From Polyangiaceae bacterium (GTDB lineage Bacteria > Myxococcota_A > Polyangia > Polyangiales > Polyangiaceae), in contig JBNKBE010000004.1 in assembly GCA_050287085.1 (NCBI GenBank), positions 32,278 to 96,277 of the forward strand: a DNA stretch of 64,000 nt, written 5' to 3'. This document shows positions 28,638 to 38,737 of this stretch, piece after piece. The position numbers were made by a program, and so were the translations under genes. Within the stretch, counting starts at the first letter, position 1, and each line of letters starts with the position of its first letter. The notes beneath the pieces are model-generated. The model saw nothing but the letters and a program-made list of their open reading frames with translations, ran no database searches and was not told where the DNA came from.

Positions 28638-29486
28638 ATGCGCGCGCGTTGGATGCATCTCTGTCTTCTCTGGTTTGCGATCGTCGGCTGCGAAGACGCA
28701 TCCGGGCCGTCCAGCTATGGAGACATCAATATCACGACCCAGGTAGAGGCCGCCGACGGGCTTGACCTGAAAGCGGTCGGGGAGCTGGTCAAGTCCGTCC
28801 ATGACGCGGAGGGGCTCGAGAAGCAGCTCAACAAGGAGGGGGGGCTCAATAACCTAGACCTGAACGACGACGGCAAGGTCGACTTCGTTTCCGTCACCGA
28901 ATACGGGGACTCGAACACCAAGGGTTTCAGCTTAACGGTGGAGCCCGAGCCGAAACAAATTCAAGAAATCGCGACCATCGAGTTTGCCAAGCGGGGCGAG
29001 CAGGCGGACGTCTTGGTCTCTGGCAACGAGCAGGTCTATGGGCCGCAGCACCACTACCACTACGAGACTCCGTGGGCGAGCATGTTGCTTATGGCTTATA
29101 TGTTTCGGCCACACCCATTCTATATCTCACCTTTCCACTTTGGGTATTATCCAGGCTACTACGGCATCGGCTATGCCCCGGTATCTCACCTTCGCTACAC
29201 GACCCGCACCCGTGCCGTGACGCAGCGCTCGACGGCCGCGCCAGTTCAGCGCGGTAACTCGGGCTTATCGCCCAACCGGGGAAAGGTTGCAGCTTCGGGT
29301 ATCAAGCGCTCTCTTCGCAGTCCGACTTCGAGTCAGCGTCGCTTTTCTCGGACGGTGCAGCGACCGAAGGGCGCTTCGGGGTTTCGCAGCCCGGTTCGTA
29401 CAGCGCCCGCCTCTCGCGGGGCGATGCCGGTACGACGGCGCTCCTTTGGCGGCGGGTTTCGCGGCGGGTTTCGGTCTAGGCGCTAG
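28638..29486 (+). CDS. Lipoprotein with acidic DxDxDG-containing domain, Tyr/His-rich segment and Arg/Gly-rich tail
   Basis: Lipobox IVGC; NNLDLNDDGKVD; ends RRRSFGGGFRGGFRSRR. Confidence 0.7.
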   Translation: MRARWMHLCLLWFAIVGCEDASGPSSYGDINITTQVEAADGLDLKAVGELVKSVHDAEGLEKQLNKEGGLNNLDLNDDGKVDFVSVTEYGDSNTKGFSLTVEPEPKQIQEIATIEFAKRGEQADVLVSGNEQVYGPQHHYHYETPWASMLLMAYMFRPHPFYISPFHFGYYPGYYGIGYAPVSHLRYTTRTRAVTQRSTAAPVQRGNSGLSPNRGKVAASGIKRSLRSPTSSQRRFSRTVQRPKGASGFRSPVRTAPASRGAMPVRRRSFGGGFRGGFRSRR

Positions 29487-29504
29487 CCGTGCAGGTAGGA
29501 CACT

Positions 29505-30383
29505 ATGGATTTGACTATGGACCTGAGCCCATTCGTTGATGTCTCCGGGCTTTCGGCCCTGCTCCAACCCGAGGCATTTTTGTACCTCGGAGTGGCGCTG
29601 GGTGCACTGATCTTGGCTGTGGCCAGCTACGGGTATCGTTTGCGGATCCGGCTCGGTGTGGCACTGGCCACCGATGACAACAAGGCGCTTTCGCTGTCGA
29701 TGGCGGCATTTTTCACGGGTGCAGCGCTGATCGCCTATTCGCTGATGACCGCCGGGGGGCATCCGCAGCTGGGCTATGACCTGCTCGAATTTGTGGCGTC
29801 CCTGGTAGCGGGGCTGCTCTTGCTCCACGCCGGGCGCTGGACCACCGATCGCTTTTTGTTACCCGAGCGAGATGTTGCGGCAGCCCTTCGAGACGGCAAT
29901 GTGGGGGTTGCGGTTGTGGAGGCTGGCAACGTCGTAGCGACGGCCCTCATCGTTTCAGCAGCCCTAAGCCTCGACGGGGTGCATTGGGGTTTGCGCCTGA
30001 GCGAAGCGATTGTGTTTTTCGGGGTCGCCCAGACTGCGCTGATCGCCTTCGCCAGCGCGTATTGTCGACTGCTGCGTTTCGACGTACGCGGCGAGCTGGA
30101 CAGTGGTAACCCAGCGGTGGGCATTGCCCTGGGTGGCACGCTCGTGGCACAGGCCATACTGCTAGCGTACGCGATAGGCCAGACCCCATCGCTGGTGGTC
30201 TTTGGCGCATGGTTCGTGCTGAGTTCGGCCCTTTTGTTGGGGCTTCGACGGGGCCTGGATGGGTTTGTCCTGCGTGGTCACGATCTTGACGTGGAGTTGA
30301 GTCGCGATCGCAACTGGGGTGTTGCGCTAGTGGAAGGTGTACTGGCGATGGCGACTGCATGGCTGATGACGGGGGCGTTTTGA
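29505..30383 (+). CDS. DUF350-family membrane protein (internally repeated)
   Basis: Repeated loop-TM units: DDNKALSL, DGNVGVAV, SGNPAVGI, DRNWGVAL; about 8 TM helices. Confidence 0.75.
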   Translation: MDLTMDLSPFVDVSGLSALLQPEAFLYLGVALGALILAVASYGYRLRIRLGVALATDDNKALSLSMAAFFTGAALIAYSLMTAGGHPQLGYDLLEFVASLVAGLLLLHAGRWTTDRFLLPERDVAAALRDGNVGVAVVEAGNVVATALIVSAALSLDGVHWGLRLSEAIVFFGVAQTALIAFASAYCRLLRFDVRGELDSGNPAVGIALGGTLVAQAILLAYAIGQTPSLVVFGAWFVLSSALLLGLRRGLDGFVLRGHDLDVELSRDRNWGVALVEGVLAMATAWLMTGAF

Positions 30384-30387
30384 GCAC

Positions 30388-31170
30388 ATGGCCGAGGAGC
30401 GGTTGGAGATGATCGACGTAGCAAGGCGCCTCGAGTTGTCATCGGTCGTGGTGCTCAGAGAGCTGGCGGGGCGGGAGCGTCCCGTTTCAACCCTGTTGGA
30501 AGGGGACGATGCGCTGCTTGAAGCTCAGCTCGACTGGCTCAATCGCAAAGGACTCATCGAAGCCGACTCCGAAGCCAACTACGTTGTTACAGAGCGCGGC
30601 GAGCACGCTTTGGACAGGTTTTCCGCGCGCTATCGAGATTTTGTCGCAACGCTCGATATCTATTGCGCGGTGGATCTGGAAGCGGGGGAGTTTGGTTATG
30701 CCAAGTTTTTCGATTTCGAGAACGAAGAGGACTTTCGGGCGTATCTGGAACTCGAACGCTTTTCGGACCTGCGCGTAGCGGTCGCTACCTTCAAGGGGCT
30801 AGATCCGGTAGAGGTGGTCTTCATGGGGGCCATCTTTGACGGTGCTCTCGAGGGGCCTGATTGGCAAAGCGAGCTGAACGACGACGAATTCTGGGAGGAG
30901 GTCTTCGCGATCTGCTCGACGGCTATCCGTCAGGAAGAGCTGGCCGATCCGGGGGTCCCAGGAGACGACGGTCGCGAGACGCTCAGCACCATCGTTGAGC
31001 GAGGGGCTCTGCTCAATATCGAGCTGCGGCAGCAAGAAGATCGCCTGCGGGCGCAGGATGCTTCCGCCGAGCCCCGCGACGAAGACGAGTACACGATAGA
31101 GGAGTATCGCCAATACGCCGACCCGCTGTACGTGGCGCCGGTCTGGACTGGGGGATGGTTCTTCTGGTGA
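30388..31170 (+). CDS. Acidic hypothetical protein with N-terminal winged-helix-like segment
   Basis: LDWLNRKGLIE...YVVTERGEHAL wHTH-like motif; DIYCAVDLEAGEF, DLRVAVA; starts 4 nt after the DUF350 gene. Confidence 0.7.
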   Translation: MAEERLEMIDVARRLELSSVVVLRELAGRERPVSTLLEGDDALLEAQLDWLNRKGLIEADSEANYVVTERGEHALDRFSARYRDFVATLDIYCAVDLEAGEFGYAKFFDFENEEDFRAYLELERFSDLRVAVATFKGLDPVEVVFMGAIFDGALEGPDWQSELNDDEFWEEVFAICSTAIRQEELADPGVPGDDGRETLSTIVERGALLNIELRQQEDRLRAQDASAEPRDEDEYTIEEYRQYADPLYVAPVWTGGWFFW

Positions 31171-31250
31171 TGCGGACGAAGGCGCCGGCGGCCAGCGAGT
31201 GGGTTGCGTCGAACCGAACACCCTGTCTGTCTGGCCGCCGCCGACGACCT

Positions 31251-31451
31251 TCAACCACCACCCACGAAGTGGACGATCTCCAGAACGTCCCCCTCGCACA
31301 AGCAAGCAGAGGCGTGCGTGCTGCGTGGGACGATGTCGCGGTTGCGCTCCACGGCGACCCGCTCTTGGGCCAGCTCCAGGCGCACCAACAGGTCGGCGAC
31401 GGTCAGCCCTTCGGGCACCTCACAAGGCTCGCCGTTGACAGTCAGCTTCAT
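31251..31451 (-). CDS. thiS: Sulfur carrier protein ThiS
   Basis: 66 aa, MKLTVNGE...[13 protein letters not shown]...[13 protein letters not shown] with the C-terminal GG. Confidence 0.92.
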   Translation of the reverse strand: MKLTVNGEPCEVPEGLTVADLLVRLELAQERVAVERNRDIVPRSTHASACLCEGDVLEIVHFVGGG

Positions 31452-31479
31452 GCGATTAGCCTCGACTCCGGTGTCTAGA

Positions 31480-33528
31480 ATGTCAAGAGCGCGTGCGGTT
31501 TGGATGCACTGTGGGGGCGGAGGCTTGAGTGCGGCCCTCAAGCTCTTGATGACCTGTGGGGTGAGTTTGATGATGGTGCTGGCGTGTGCGGAACCAGCGC
31601 CGGTCTCGGTTGAACTGGATCTCAGCGGCTTCGATGGAGGTATGGAGCGGGCCCCGGCGCGGGCCGCGATGCCCGTTGCCAAGTCTTCGCTCTCTGCCAG
31701 GTCCTCCACTTCGGCACAGGCCACGAGCGAGCTACAGGCAGGGGGCGCTTCCGGTGGCCGGATGGCGCCCCAGGGCAGCACTGCGACCGACGACAACACC
31801 GCGACCAGCGGCAGCACCGCGACCGGCGACAACACCCTGGCCCCAGGAAGCATCGCAAGCCAGAGCGTCGAGCCTGGGGGCAAGAGCCTGCTCGCGGCCA
31901 CCACGATCGCCACGACGGTTTATGCAAGCCCAGACGTGGGCGCGCCGCGCATCGGCTACATCCGTCTCGGGGGAAGTGTCGAGCGTTCCCCGCAGCCCGT
32001 CAGTGGCAAAGGCTGCAAGAAGGAATGGTACGCGGTCGCTCCACGCGGCTATGTCTGCACCGAGGAGGCGACTACCGATCTCGACGCGCCTTTGGTTCGG
32101 GCCGCCCACGTGCGCCCCCACTTGGACAAGCCGCTTCCCTATAGCTACGGCTTTGTGCGAGCGACGGCCCCACAATACCTACGTATTCCAACTCTGGATG
32201 AGCAGCGCAAGAGCGAGTTTCAGCTCGACGAACACCTCGCTTGGTATCGTGACAACTATCACGAGGTGCAGCGCGTTCCGCTGGGGGCCAACGATGTTCC
32301 ATTGGACGCGCGGGGTTATGCCAAGCTCGGCCTTGCGGCGCCCGAGCAGCGCCTGAGCACGCAGCTGACTACCACGGAACTTCTCGGTGGCAGTTCACCT
32401 CTTGGGCAAGTGCCGTTTTGGCTCGATGGAAAGCGCCACATTCCCAACGTATCGGCGTTCAAGGTTCCAGAATACGCCCTCTTTGCCGATCGCGTGCGGC
32501 GCAAGACGGGGCTGAGTTTTGTTGACGCTTTCGTCGTGGAAGATCAGGGCGTCGCGCGACGTTTCGCGGTGACCGTAGACATGCGTCTCATTCCGGCGAC
32601 CAAGGTCAAGCCCGATACCGCGTCGATGCATCATGGGGTGGAGCTGGGGGCCAAGACGCCGCTGCCTTTGGCCTTCGTGATCAAGCGCAATACCGAAACC
32701 TGGAAGCTGCTGCGCGGCGCGAATGAAGTCAAGACCTGGGGTGAACCCGTACCGAGGCGCAGCGTGGTACCGTTAACGGGTCACGTTCGCTTCAAAGCGG
32801 GGCAGCGCTTCTATCAAACGGCCCGCTCCCGGACCCATTGGCTCCGACAGAAGGACGTTGGCGTGATAGCCGCGCCACCCTCTTGGCCGTCCGCTGCCGA
32901 AGCGGGTGAAAAATGGATCGACGTGTCACTGCGGCAGCAGGTGCTGGTGCTCTACGAAGGCAAGACCCCACGCTACGCAACGCTCGTTTCAACCGGGCGC
33001 GACCGACTGGGCGATCCAAAAGAGACCTTGGCGACCCCCCAGGGTGAGTTTCGAATTCAGAGCAAACATATTGCCGCCGCCATGGACTCGGAGGAGAACT
33101 CGAGCGTCAGCGGTGGACAAAAAACCGCCAACCAACTGCGGCTTTCGCCTGAGGCGGCCGCGACTCGGGCGCGGGTCTTAGCGGCCAAGGCGGCGGGCAA
33201 GAAACTCAGCCGCGACGACCAGCGACGGCTTCGCAATGTCGAGCGAGGTCGTCACCCGGAGGACGGGATCACCTTGCGTCGTGGCACCGGCTCTTACGAA
33301 CTTCGCGACGTGCCTTGGATTCAATACTTTGCTGCAGGCTATGCGTTGCACGGCGCGTATTGGCACGATGTTTTCGGGGTACCGCGGAGCCATGGCTGCA
33401 TCAATCTGTCGCCAATCGATGCGCGGCTCGTATTTCAGTGGACGGATCCACCCGTACCGCCAGGGTTTCACGGAATCAATACGGGCTCTGACTTTGGTCA
33501 GGGCACTGCCGTGTTCATCCATGAATGA
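31480..33528 (+). CDS. L,D-transpeptidase (YkuD domain), probable lipoprotein
   Basis: WIDVSL...[22 protein letters not shown]...SHGCINL; lipobox-like VLAC. Start uncertain. Confidence 0.88.
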   Translation: MSRARAVWMHCGGGGLSAALKLLMTCGVSLMMVLACAEPAPVSVELDLSGFDGGMERAPARAAMPVAKSSLSARSSTSAQATSELQAGGASGGRMAPQGSTATDDNTATSGSTATGDNTLAPGSIASQSVEPGGKSLLAATTIATTVYASPDVGAPRIGYIRLGGSVERSPQPVSGKGCKKEWYAVAPRGYVCTEEATTDLDAPLVRAAHVRPHLDKPLPYSYGFVRATAPQYLRIPTLDEQRKSEFQLDEHLAWYRDNYHEVQRVPLGANDVPLDARGYAKLGLAAPEQRLSTQLTTTELLGGSSPLGQVPFWLDGKRHIPNVSAFKVPEYALFADRVRRKTGLSFVDAFVVEDQGVARRFAVTVDMRLIPATKVKPDTASMHHGVELGAKTPLPLAFVIKRNTETWKLLRGANEVKTWGEPVPRRSVVPLTGHVRFKAGQRFYQTARSRTHWLRQKDVGVIAAPPSWPSAAEAGEKWIDVSLRQQVLVLYEGKTPRYATLVSTGRDRLGDPKETLATPQGEFRIQSKHIAAAMDSEENSSVSGGQKTANQLRLSPEAAATRARVLAAKAAGKKLSRDDQRRLRNVERGRHPEDGITLRRGTGSYELRDVPWIQYFAAGYALHGAYWHDVFGVPRSHGCINLSPIDARLVFQWTDPPVPPGFHGINTGSDFGQGTAVFIHE

Positions 33529-33702
33529 CGCACCAAACCAGAACGCCGCCCCTTGCGCCTCTAGTCGCACGTGGCTAAAGCATTTAAACACGGCCGTTCA
33601 AGGAACCACCAGAACCAATAGCCGAGGGCACCGGGACGAATTTCAGGCGCTTGGCTTCCGAAGTGAGGGTGGTGTCTTTGAGCTGGGTCCCCTTTTTAGA
33701 TA

Positions 33703-34950
33703 ATGGCTCCTCTTCGATTCAAGCTGCTGGGTTTTCCCGTACAGGTGCTGCCTGGCTTTTGGCTGCTATTGGCCATGTTGGCTCTGCTTTGGCAGGTGCC
33801 ACCCTTGGTCGCCGTGGTGGTGGGTGCGGTCGCGTTTGTCTCGGTACTGGTTCACGAGCTAGGCCATGCGCTGATGGCGCGTGCGTTTGGGCTGCGCCCC
33901 CAGATCACGTTGCACATGATGGGTGGCGTTACGCTCTTTGGTCCAGGTCCCAACCTCACGCGGGGGCGGGACATTGCGATATCGGCGGCCGGACCCCTTG
34001 CTGGGCTCTTGCTCGGTGGATTGGCGCTCGTCGCGCTTCAGAAGGCGCCGGCGCAAAGCGCTGGGCTCGCCTGGGTTGCCGTTTCCGTGGCGGCGCAAAT
34101 CAATCTCTATTGGAGTCTCTTCAACCTGGTGCCGGTTGTTCCCTTTGATGGGGGCCGCATCCTACTGGCAGCGTTGGGTCCCAAGCGGCGCGCTGCCGCG
34201 GGATATGTTTCTCTCGGCTTTGGCGTTGCCGCGGTGGCGGTATTGCTTCGTTTCGAGGAGCCTATTGCGGCCTTCTTGGTGGGGTCGTCTGCGGTCTCGA
34301 GTTTCTTTCGAATGCGCGACGGTCAGCGGCAGGTTGCCGCTCCGCTTCCCGAGCCCGCGGCTCGCCGGGTGCTTCGTCAAGCGCGCCATCTGCTGGAAAC
34401 GCAGCCTCTTCAGGCGGCGGCCCTGCTGGAGGCCGTGTTGCGCGGCAGCACCGAGCCTGAGGTGCGCAAGGAAGCGATCACCCTGTTGGCCTGGGCCCGG
34501 CTCCGCAACAACGAGCCGGCCGTTGCTCGAGAAATCGTACTCGGCGCTGGGACTGATGCTTTGGATGCCTATCTGGTGGCAGCGGTGCACGAAGCCACCG
34601 GGCACTTGGACGCGGCTCGGTCCACCATTGTACGAGCGCGACAAGGGGGCGACTCGCGGTCTGAGTTGCAGGCTTTGCTTGTCAAGGTGCTGATCGGATT
34701 GGGAGACATCCGAACGGCTGCTGTCGTCACCCGCGAGATTGCCGGCGCGCTTGCCGATGAAGAGATTGAGCGTGTTGCGTTGTTAGCCGCGGAGGCCGGT
34801 GAGCTTGAGCAGGCGGGGGAATTGCTTCTGGTGTTGACACGGCGCCCGAGCGCAAGCTTGCTTGATCGCGTGCTGGATGCGGTACGAACTCGGAGTGGCT
34901 TGATCGAATTGTTGCGGAGGCTCGAAGAGCGTTTCGCTGAGCAGCTCTAG
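33703..34950 (+). CDS. Site-2 protease (M50) with C-terminal helical/TPR-like region
   Basis: VHELGH, AAGP, NLVPVVPFDGG. Confidence 0.9.
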   Translation: MAPLRFKLLGFPVQVLPGFWLLLAMLALLWQVPPLVAVVVGAVAFVSVLVHELGHALMARAFGLRPQITLHMMGGVTLFGPGPNLTRGRDIAISAAGPLAGLLLGGLALVALQKAPAQSAGLAWVAVSVAAQINLYWSLFNLVPVVPFDGGRILLAALGPKRRAAAGYVSLGFGVAAVAVLLRFEEPIAAFLVGSSAVSSFFRMRDGQRQVAAPLPEPAARRVLRQARHLLETQPLQAAALLEAVLRGSTEPEVRKEAITLLAWARLRNNEPAVAREIVLGAGTDALDAYLVAAVHEATGHLDAARSTIVRARQGGDSRSELQALLVKVLIGLGDIRTAAVVTREIAGALADEEIERVALLAAEAGELEQAGELLLVLTRRPSASLLDRVLDAVRTRSGLIELLRRLEERFAEQL

Positions 34951-35069
34951 CGAGGGCTGAGCGCCCCATCGAGTTGAGCTCAAGCGGTCATTGCGCGTGC
35001 GCTCAGCACCGCGCGGCGGCCGGCGCGCTGAGTTCCTCGCGTCGCGCTTCCAGGGACTGTTCATCCTCT

Positions 35070-35672
35070 TCAGACCGACAGCATCACGGCCAAGACCAGA
35101 AGCCACATCAGAAGCAAGAAGTGCCAGTATTGAACGCAGAAGCGGACGCCCTCGTAGCGCGAGCTGGAGTACTCTCGGTGTGCGGCGCGTTGCATCACCC
35201 AGGCTAGCGGCACGAAGCCTCCGATCACGTGCAGAGCGTGCACGCCTGTGAGCAGATAGAAGGTGAAGAGGGTGAGCGGGCGGTCGCCTGCGTCGAGCTC
35301 TACGCTCAGAAGATGTGTCCAGCCATAGGTCTGGCTACAGAGAAAGAGCACCGCGCATGCGCCCCCGAGGTACAAGCTGCGCTTCAAGGTGGCTTCCAGA
35401 TTGCGCGCGATCCCGCGTTGAGCTCGCTCGAAGAATACGCTCGAGGCTAGCAAGGCGACCGTTGAAACGTAGAGCGACCCCGGGAGCTTCTGAACTTCCC
35501 CGCTAAAGCCGAGCAGGCGTGTGCGGGTTATCCAATAGGCCAAGATGGTTGCTGCAAAGAGCGCACCCATGGAAGCCAGCGCAAGCCACATGCCGAATTG
35601 AGCAGCGCTCGTCGGGCGCCGCGCCGAGAAAAATGGAATTGCCGAGGGAAATGGAAAACGGGGGCCGGCCAC
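35070..35672 (-). CDS. Heme-copper oxidase subunit III-family protein
   Basis: FGMWLALAS, FYLLTGVHALHVIGG, YWHF. Confidence 0.85.
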   Translation of the reverse strand: MAGPRFPFPSAIPFFSARRPTSAAQFGMWLALASMGALFAATILAYWITRTRLLGFSGEVQKLPGSLYVSTVALLASSVFFERAQRGIARNLEATLKRSLYLGGACAVLFLCSQTYGWTHLLSVELDAGDRPLTLFTFYLLTGVHALHVIGGFVPLAWVMQRAAHREYSSSRYEGVRFCVQYWHFLLLMWLLVLAVMLSV

Positions 35673-35702
35673 GGATTGATGGTAGGAGCCTGCCGGCTCA
35701 CG

Positions 35703-36980
35703 TCAAGGGGCCTGCTCGGCTGCGCGTATTTGATCAGGGCTTTGGCGTTCTGGATGGCGTTGGGCTAGGGCTTGCTCGATTTCGTCTCGCACCACCGAGT
35801 CGGGCTCGTTGCCTATCGCCGATTCAAGTGCGGAGATCGCAGTCTTCGTGGTGAAGCAGCCGAGGGCCCACGCCGCATGGGCTCGGACGAGCGGGCTGCG
35901 ATGGTGGACGAGGGTATGGGCGAGCACCGGGATGCTCGTGATGGCGCCTCGGTTCCCGAGCGCTACCGCCGCATTGCGTTGCATGCAGGTGCGGCTGACC
36001 CGGCGCAAAGCCGTTCCGGCGACCCAGCGACGGTACGCGCTCGAACCCATCTCCAAGATGGTTTCGAGCGGCGGCGGGGGGGGGCCGTCGAGCTCTGGGG
36101 CCGCCGGTGGAGCTCGACGCGTTGCGTTGTAGGGGCATACGGCCTGGCAAACGTCGCAGCCGAAGATCCGCTCGCCAATGAGTCGGCGTAGCGAAGGGGG
36201 GATAGGGCCGTTCTGTTCGATGGTTAGATAGGCGATGCAGCGCCGCGCGTCGAGCAGGTACGGGCCTGCGAACGCCTGGGTGGGGCACGCATCGAGGCAG
36301 CGGGTACATTGTCCACAGCTGCCGGTGCGTGCCGGGCTGTGGGGGAGCTCCGCGTCGACGAGCAGTTCCCCGAGCAGGACTCGGGTGCCCAGTCCTGGTG
36401 CGATGGTGAGGGTTGACTTTCCTGTAAAGCCAAGGCCAGCTCGCTCGGCGAGCTCTCGTTCTAATAGCGGTGCGGTGTCCACACAGGGGCGAACCGTCAG
36501 CGTTCGTCCCGAATCAAGCGCCCATTGTTGCGCCAGCAGCAGCAGCTTCTGCTTGAGCACGAAGTGGTAGTCCTGGCCACCAGCGTAGGCTGCAATCGGC
36601 GCGTGGCTCTTGGGGGAGGGTGTCATCAGGGCGACGACCAATACGCTTTGTGCTTCGGGCAGCAGGTCGCGAGGGCGATGACGCTCGGGGTGGCTTAGGT
36701 AGGCCATGTCTGCCCCAAAGCCTTGACTGAGCCAAGTTTGAAGGGCCTGCTGCGCTCGTGCCGAGATGGGGTCAGCGCTGGTAATGCCCAGTCGGCACAA
36801 GCCGAAGGAGTGGGCGAGAGCCGCTAGATGTTCGGGGCCAACCTCACGCGACGGCGCGTCAGAGTGCGGCGAGATCCGATAGACACCGGGACGGTCCGGG
36901 AGCGCCAGGACGCAGGCCGAGATGGGGCCACTGGCCGACTGTCTCGATGACCGAATGCGCGGGCTCACAGGGGTACTCAA
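35703..36980 (-). CDS. queG: Epoxyqueuosine reductase
   Basis: DYH, VDTAPLLERELA, CGQCTRCLDACPT, DARRCIAYLTIE, GCDVCQAVCP, C-terminal HEAT-like repeats. TTG start tentative. Confidence 0.9.
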   Translation of the reverse strand: MSTPVSPRIRSSRQSASGPISACVLALPDRPGVYRISPHSDAPSREVGPEHLAALAHSFGLCRLGITSADPISARAQQALQTWLSQGFGADMAYLSHPERHRPRDLLPEAQSVLVVALMTPSPKSHAPIAAYAGGQDYHFVLKQKLLLLAQQWALDSGRTLTVRPCVDTAPLLERELAERAGLGFTGKSTLTIAPGLGTRVLLGELLVDAELPHSPARTGSCGQCTRCLDACPTQAFAGPYLLDARRCIAYLTIEQNGPIPPSLRRLIGERIFGCDVCQAVCPYNATRRAPPAAPELDGPPPPPLETILEMGSSAYRRWVAGTALRRVSRTCMQRNAAVALGNRGAITSIPVLAHTLVHHRSPLVRAHAAWALGCFTTKTAISALESAIGNEPDSVVRDEIEQALAQRHPERQSPDQIRAAEQAP

Positions 36981-37035
36981 AGTGCCTTCTTTGGAATAAA
37001 CGTCGCGGGCTGACACTACGGCACCCGGAGAGTTC

Positions 37036-38022
37036 GTGATCGAGATTTCCGAGTTATACAAGTACTACGGCGCTCGTCGAGTGCTGGGTCCCCTTTCGGC
37101 TCATATCGATGAGGGGGAGGTAGTGGGCCTATTGGGGCTCAACGGCGCCGGAAAGACGACGACGCTGCGCATCCTCAGTTGCGATCTGTTGCCTTCGTCC
37201 GGATCGGTACGAGTAAACGGCGTGGACGCCGTGACGTCGCCCGACAGGGTTCGTTCGCTCGTTGGGTACTTGCCGGATACGCCTCCGCTTTACGACGAGA
37301 TGAGCGTGCGTGCGTATCTGGCGTTTGCAGCGCGCCTGCGACGCGTGCCTCGGAAAGGGGTGAAGGCCGCCGTCCAGCAGGCGCTCGAGGCCGCCGGATT
37401 GGACGAGTACGCCGAGCAGCCCATCGCCAGCTTGTCTCATGGCTATCGGCAGCGAGTCGGTATAGCACAGGCGATTGTTCATGAGCCGCGCTTGGTTATT
37501 CTCGATGAGCCGAGTTCCGGGCTCGATCCGGTGCAGATCCGCGAGATGCGCGCTTTGGTGCGCAAGCTGGGAAAGAGACATACGGTGTTGGTCTCCAGCC
37601 ACAATCTGGGTGAGATCAGTGAAATCTGTGACCGCTTGTGGGTCATTCGTGACGGGACGATCGTGGCGGCAGGTACGGAGGAAGAGCTTGTCAAGCAGTG
37701 GCTCAACACCGCCCACTATCGCCTGGTGTTGGGAACTGACGCGCCGCGGCCGTCCGTGGCGGAGTTTCTGGGGGCCCTTTCAGGCGTCGTGCAGGTGACG
37801 GTCGCGGAGACCCCGGCGGAGGAGAGCGTAGTGGCCTGTGACGTCGAGATTGCTCCTGACAGACGGGGTGCCCTCTCTCGGGCGGTCGTCGAAGCGGGCT
37901 ACGAGCTGCTTGAGTTCTCGCGCAGTGAGCGTGAACTCGAAAATGTCTTTGCTCGTTTGGCCAGAGCGCCGGGAGAGAGCCCCTTGGACGGCGCGACGAC
38001 CACTGGAGGCGCAGATGACTAG
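37036..38022 (+). CDS. ABC transporter ATP-binding protein (GldA-like)
   Basis: GLNGAGKTT, LSHGYRQRVG, ILDEP, SSH. Confidence 0.92.
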   Translation: MIEISELYKYYGARRVLGPLSAHIDEGEVVGLLGLNGAGKTTTLRILSCDLLPSSGSVRVNGVDAVTSPDRVRSLVGYLPDTPPLYDEMSVRAYLAFAARLRRVPRKGVKAAVQQALEAAGLDEYAEQPIASLSHGYRQRVGIAQAIVHEPRLVILDEPSSGLDPVQIREMRALVRKLGKRHTVLVSSHNLGEISEICDRLWVIRDGTIVAAGTEEELVKQWLNTAHYRLVLGTDAPRPSVAEFLGALSGVVQVTVAETPAEESVVACDVEIAPDRRGALSRAVVEAGYELLEFSRSERELENVFARLARAPGESPLDGATTTGGADD

Positions 38023-38737
38023 CGTCTGGACTATTGCGCGGCGGGAACTTGGAGCCTACGCGCGCTCGCCGCTGGGCGCAGTCGTAGTAGCAGCCAGTCT
38101 CACTCTGAATGGGGTCTTGTTCTACACCCAGGCGCTTTCCCAGAAGCTTCTGTCGGGCGAGGTCCTCGCACGCTTCTTCTACAACGCGAGCGGCGTCACT
38201 GCGGTCGCAGCGTTGCTGCTTTCCTTTCGGCTGATTTCCGAGGAACGGCAGACGCGCTCGTTCACCCTGTTGAATACCGCGCCTGTCTCAGGACTTGAGA
38301 TCGTGTGCGGCAAGTTTCTGTCGGCGTGGTTGATGGTTGCCGCGCTCACTTTGCTCTCGGTCTACATGCCCGTGTTGGTCTTTGTGCACGGCAAGGTCAG
38401 TGTTGGGCACATTGTCGTGGGCTACCTTGGCTTGTTCCTGCTTGGGAGCGCAGCTAGCGCCATAGGCGTGTTTGCATCTTCAGTGGCTCGTTCCCAGGTC
38501 GTTTCGGTCATTGTTGGCGCGCTCATTCTAGCGTTGCTCTTCGTTTCCTGGATGCTCGCGGCGGTGACCGAAGCGCCGCTCAGCGCTTACCTCTCTGGAC
38601 TGGCTTTCCACCACGTTAACTTCTCCGCCTTTCAAAACGGAGTACTAGAGCTGCAGGGCGTCGCCTATTACCTGGCGGTCACCTACTTCTTTCTGCTGTC
38701 CGCCTCGAAGGTGTTGGAGGCGCGAAGGTGGCGGTGA
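38015..38737 (+). CDS. ABC-2 permease (GldF-like)
   Basis: IARRELGAYARSP, ISEERQT...LLNTAP, IVCGKF, ends EARRWR. Confidence 0.88.
   Translation: MTSVWTIARRELGAYARSPLGAVVVAASLTLNGVLFYTQALSQKLLSGEVLARFFYNASGVTAVAALLLSFRLISEERQTRSFTLLNTAPVSGLEIVCGKFLSAWLMVAALTLLSVYMPVLVFVHGKVSVGHIVVGYLGLFLLGSAASAIGVFASSVARSQVVSVIVGALILALLFVSWMLAAVTEAPLSAYLSGLAFHHVNFSAFQNGVLELQGVAYYLAVTYFFLLSASKVLEARRWR

Noticed and set aside
28199..31250. Integrative element or prophage at tRNA-Gly
   Set aside because: No integrase and no duplicated tRNA 3' end (att site) seen; the same holds for the other three tRNAs.
31204..31479. N-terminal extension of the L,D-transpeptidase ORF
   Set aside because: It is the antisense shadow of thiS; the signal/lipobox lies downstream.
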